The translations under genes were made by a program, and so were the position numbers. Source: Basidiobolus meristosporus CBS 931.73 (Eukaryota > Fungi > Basidiobolomycota). Taken from it: DNA of 64,000 nt. Position 1 is the stretch's first letter. Each line of letters opens with the position of its first letter. Below, piece by piece: positions 60,459-64,000 of this stretch. The stretch lies in NCBI GenBank assembly GCA_002104905.1, contig MCFE01000037.1:124001-188000 (forward strand), given 5' to 3'. The notes below the pieces were generated by a model. That model was not told where the DNA came from. It ran no database searches and saw only the letters and a list, made by a program, of their open reading frames with translations.

Positions 60459-61295
60459 TCATTGCTCACCGTGCCGCCGAAGAGAAAGCTTCATTCCTTG
60501 GTTGGAAAACCAATCTGACAAAGGTGTAACGTCTTTCTCCTTTGATTAGTAAACTGGTTGGATATGTTACCCCAAGATATTGGGCTCTTACCGGCCATTC
60601 CTGGAAAACTGCGCGGTGGATACACCGTAAAGGGTTCACTATAAACGTGAGTGAGCATGTAGTTATGTCCTTCTTTCCAAGTCCTGGGAATGGAAAAGAT
60701 GCGTTAGGAGCAATATCGAATTACAACTTCTCACTTTTCTACCTCATGATATCCCACAGACTAAACCGTAGTCTATATTTTCCTTCCACCCTTACCGAGA
60801 GGTCAGGAAACAGAAAAAAAACGCCAGGGTTGCCGTCCATATGCCTGAGTTGATACGAGGAGGAGACGGTGCAGCCTATTAAATTTCGGACGTTAACAGG
60901 CCCGCCAAGAGATATAATAGAAGAACCTTGCCGCTCTTGACTAGACGTTGGTATGGACGCCGGATTGACTACTACGTTACAATCATGCTGGAAATCAGCT
61001 GACCAAAGGTCCGCATGTACAACAAAATTTGCGATTTCGACCGTACTTTGGAGAAGTCAGTTAGTGCAAGGGAGTCAGACGGCATTATTGAAAGGTGTGC
61101 TACTTTTCAGTGGTCGTATTGTTGGTCTTGAGTTCCAGTATCGGGAGTGGCCCAATTAGTCTACGGTCCTTGTCACCAAATCCACACATTCTCGCCCGTG
61201 TAGGCTGTTGAAGGATTTCCAAAGAGTATCTGATGGGTTGAAAATGGTTAATGAGTTGAGCACCAATGTAATCCACGCCAGCACTACCTGGTCAT
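60459..61295 (-). CDS. Velvet-domain protein (spliced; absent from the ORF track)
   Basis: Manual splicing of the minus strand gives MT-RYSLEILQQPTRARMCGFGDKDRRLIGPLPILEL..FVVHADLWSAD..RNLIGCTVSS..GVFFLFPDLSVRVEGKYRLRFSL..VYSEPFTVYPPRSFPGMADVTPLSDWFSNQGMKL, with four GT-AG introns. Exact start and last exon are uncertain. Confidence 0.88.
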
Positions 61296-64000
61296 CGTTG
61301 TTGTAAGAATACGGTGAGGAAAAACAAAAACACGTGAATGCAAAAAGGATAAAAGCAAAAAGGATAAGGGAGTGACTTTTCCTTTCTTATAATAAATTTA
61401 CTGGGCAGAAGTGAAGTTGAAGTTACCATATCAGGTGGGACGTACCAAGTTCTATATGGCATGCAGAGCGGTGCCGTTATAAAGTAGGATCCGATATAGT
61501 TTGGGGGTTGTTGGAATACCAAGTTATCTGTCATACCTTTATGCCACCCCATTTACCTTCACTCTTAACCAACTGGTTTCTTGCTGCTAATTGGTTAGCA
61601 GCTGTTGATAATCTAGATTGAAGATGGACAAATGTATTATCAGGAATTATGGACTTTGAACCTGATTGGCCGAACGAGTTCGAGGACGCATCCGACTGCT
61701 TCAATCTTGAGCGATCATAGTCTGGTTGCCTATTTCTGCATATACCATCTGCTCTTACGATATAGCGAATGTCTAAAGGAGGCTTTACATAGGATTTATA
61801 TTTAGGCTAATGAGTCAGCAGCGTTAATTGCTTCCGCATCAATTAAACAACCCGCTCTACCTCAAGATTAGTTACCATCCTTTTCCCTCTACTGAATCCT
61901 GCTCAATTAACCTGAACATGACTGCTTTGATTTGGCAATGTGATACAATCGAACCATAAACTAAGCTTTGTTCTGGTTGTTGTTTCTGAACTCGATCTGT
62001 GGGATTTCTTGTCTATCCTCACATAGTACCCGTGAAGATTGCGATAATTAGTGGCGCACCTTATCTCATGTTTCATGTATCGTTAATCCTCCATGTATTT
62101 GTCCAAATGTAATCTTATTTGGATGACTCGCCCCCAGGGTAGGTGATAGAAAGATGGAAGCGAGAATAAAATGGTCAACACAGTTCATTCCCTATTTTGG
62201 CCATTAGTGTATGATACATGCTACGTACGTCCTAGGACCAGAACAATTGTGAAGTCTAAATGTGGCAATACATAATTAAACGAGCTATATGAAGTTCTCT
62301 GTGTGATTCCTTTTTATTCTCTGATGCATTATCCTCTCCTTATTGGAATGAATATTAGTGATTAGGCCCCAGTACACAGTTGCTGAGCCCGTATCACATT
62401 GATTCACATGATACTATCATGTTACGAACACGTTACCGCATATAGACTCCATATTGGAGGGGGAGTAATGGTGTTTGTAACACTAACGTTTACAGAAAGC
62501 GAAAATCAAGCTACAAACTCTTTCGAGGATAGCACTTTGGGAAGCCTAGAGATCAGCGATCATGCCAGATGAGCCGATTTGCTCGTCAATTTAATCGAAT
62601 TTTATTGGGGAGAATTGGTTGCAAGTATTCCTGTAGTCAAATTTATTCATATTCTCAATTTTATACTATTAGCCGAGAATACCTTTTCAACAATTCTCTT
62701 TCCTTATGGAAGTGTCAGAGTGTTGAGAGTATACTCACATTACATGACGCTAAACAAAATAATATATGAATATATGACAAACTTAGACATTGGTGCTGGT
62801 GTAAAATCTAATGACGAGCTTATATTTGAAAAGTATACTTCGATTCAGGTATATTACTTATTACCTCATTGATTCGAGGAGAGTTCAAAGTTATTTGGTG
62901 AGCTAGGATTATGATATCATATCCACTAGCCAGTTGACAGTGAATTAGCATGATTGCCATACTTTATAATAGGTCTGTTTTCATCAAGAGAGATTGACCA
63001 AGTTGGAGAATTTACAACTTGAAGCTTGTAAGATTATGCCTGGTAAGGATTTAGTACAGTATCACTTCTTATCTAGTATCAAATCTATTCTATGCCTTAT
63101 TTTCATGTGATAGCTGTCTCACCTTAGTATCACCTGATTTTAGGATTTATTGATTTCCCGGAAGTGATGGCAATTTTCCAGGAGAGGGAGGTCCTTCTTT
63201 CCATTGTTTGCCTGGCGCTTATTTCAATACAAATAAAAAAGCCAATCTATAGATTTAAAGTATCCTTGGTAAATATCCTTGATCTGGAGTTAGTGGGAGA
63301 TATATAAAGTGATAAACCACCCAACGCGCTGTCCCAGCAAATATTGCAGTATGACCTAGTAAGCGCAACGAAGACCAAGTCCCAATATTGTATGCCTTAT
63401 TACTAGTATGTACCTTGTCCAGAGCACAGTCCGGGTATTGAAAGAAGCTAATGGTACCTTATTAGACAGAGTCATTGTTGGCTACATCAATTGTTATGCT
63501 GTACCCTACCAAGGTGGATTACTGCGCAACAGTTGTCACCAAAAGAATCTGTTGGGGTAGATGACAGTATTCGAAATTTGCAGGAAAGTAACATGTACTG
63601 ATTTTTTCTTCAGCCAGGCTAAAAATGGCACTCCATACCTTTTTTGGATTTTCTGTGGATGAATTGCTGTCTTGTCGATTGCTTTGCCAGGTGTTGAGCC
63701 ATGCCTACCACATCAAATTTCAACCACATTGTTTTCATTGAACACATGGTTACAGAAAGCTATTGCACATACATAGGCTAAGACCACATCTCAGAATACT
63801 ATTGTTTCCAAGTACATGTTTTGTTTGATAGTAAATGTATATTTACTAACTTGGACCTGGTCTAGTCCATGTTATCAGTTATAGCTTAAGCCATATGCAT
63901 TGAGCGGCTCTGGGTCGGTAATGCTTTGACGATTTTTCTTTTAATTCCTTTTGACACAAATCAGCCACACGGTATGGATAAATTTATACCAGAAGAAACA

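Noticed and set aside
63100-63560. Possible degenerate non-LTR reverse transcriptase fragment on the minus strand
   Set aside because: There is only vague resemblance to RT motifs across frameshifts, so it is not supportable by eye.

Overview
This is eukaryotic, fungal-type DNA with short GT-AG introns and C-ending codon bias in genes. An early-diverging fungus is plausible, but the taxon cannot be fixed from the sequence. Positions 1-15.6 kb are a CpG-depleted nest of dead transposons: a CACTA/EnSpm-type transposase element, a full-length but disabled Ty1/copia element with 349-bp LTRs, MITE-like inserts and LTR remnants. Positions 16-22 kb hold two inosine/uridine-preferring nucleoside hydrolase paralogs flanking an AVT-type amino-acid transporter. 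The dominant feature (22.5-58.1 kb) is an array of about 20 intronless urate oxidase (uricase) loci: 17 full-length or near full-length and 3 fragments. They belong to two subfamilies, A and B, about 60% identical by hand alignment, which alternate strictly A-B-A-B. In the left sub-array they are head-to-tail (6 genes, minus strand); in the right sub-array they are divergent A(-)/B(+) pairs. The two sub-arrays are separated by DRE2, CRM1 and YPT1. Most type B genes end in a PTS1-like tripeptide (-NKF); type A genes have none. The array ends in rearranged fragments beside a head-to-head telomere-repeat palindrome, followed by a C2H2 zinc-finger gene and a spliced velvet-domain gene that the ORF track misses.
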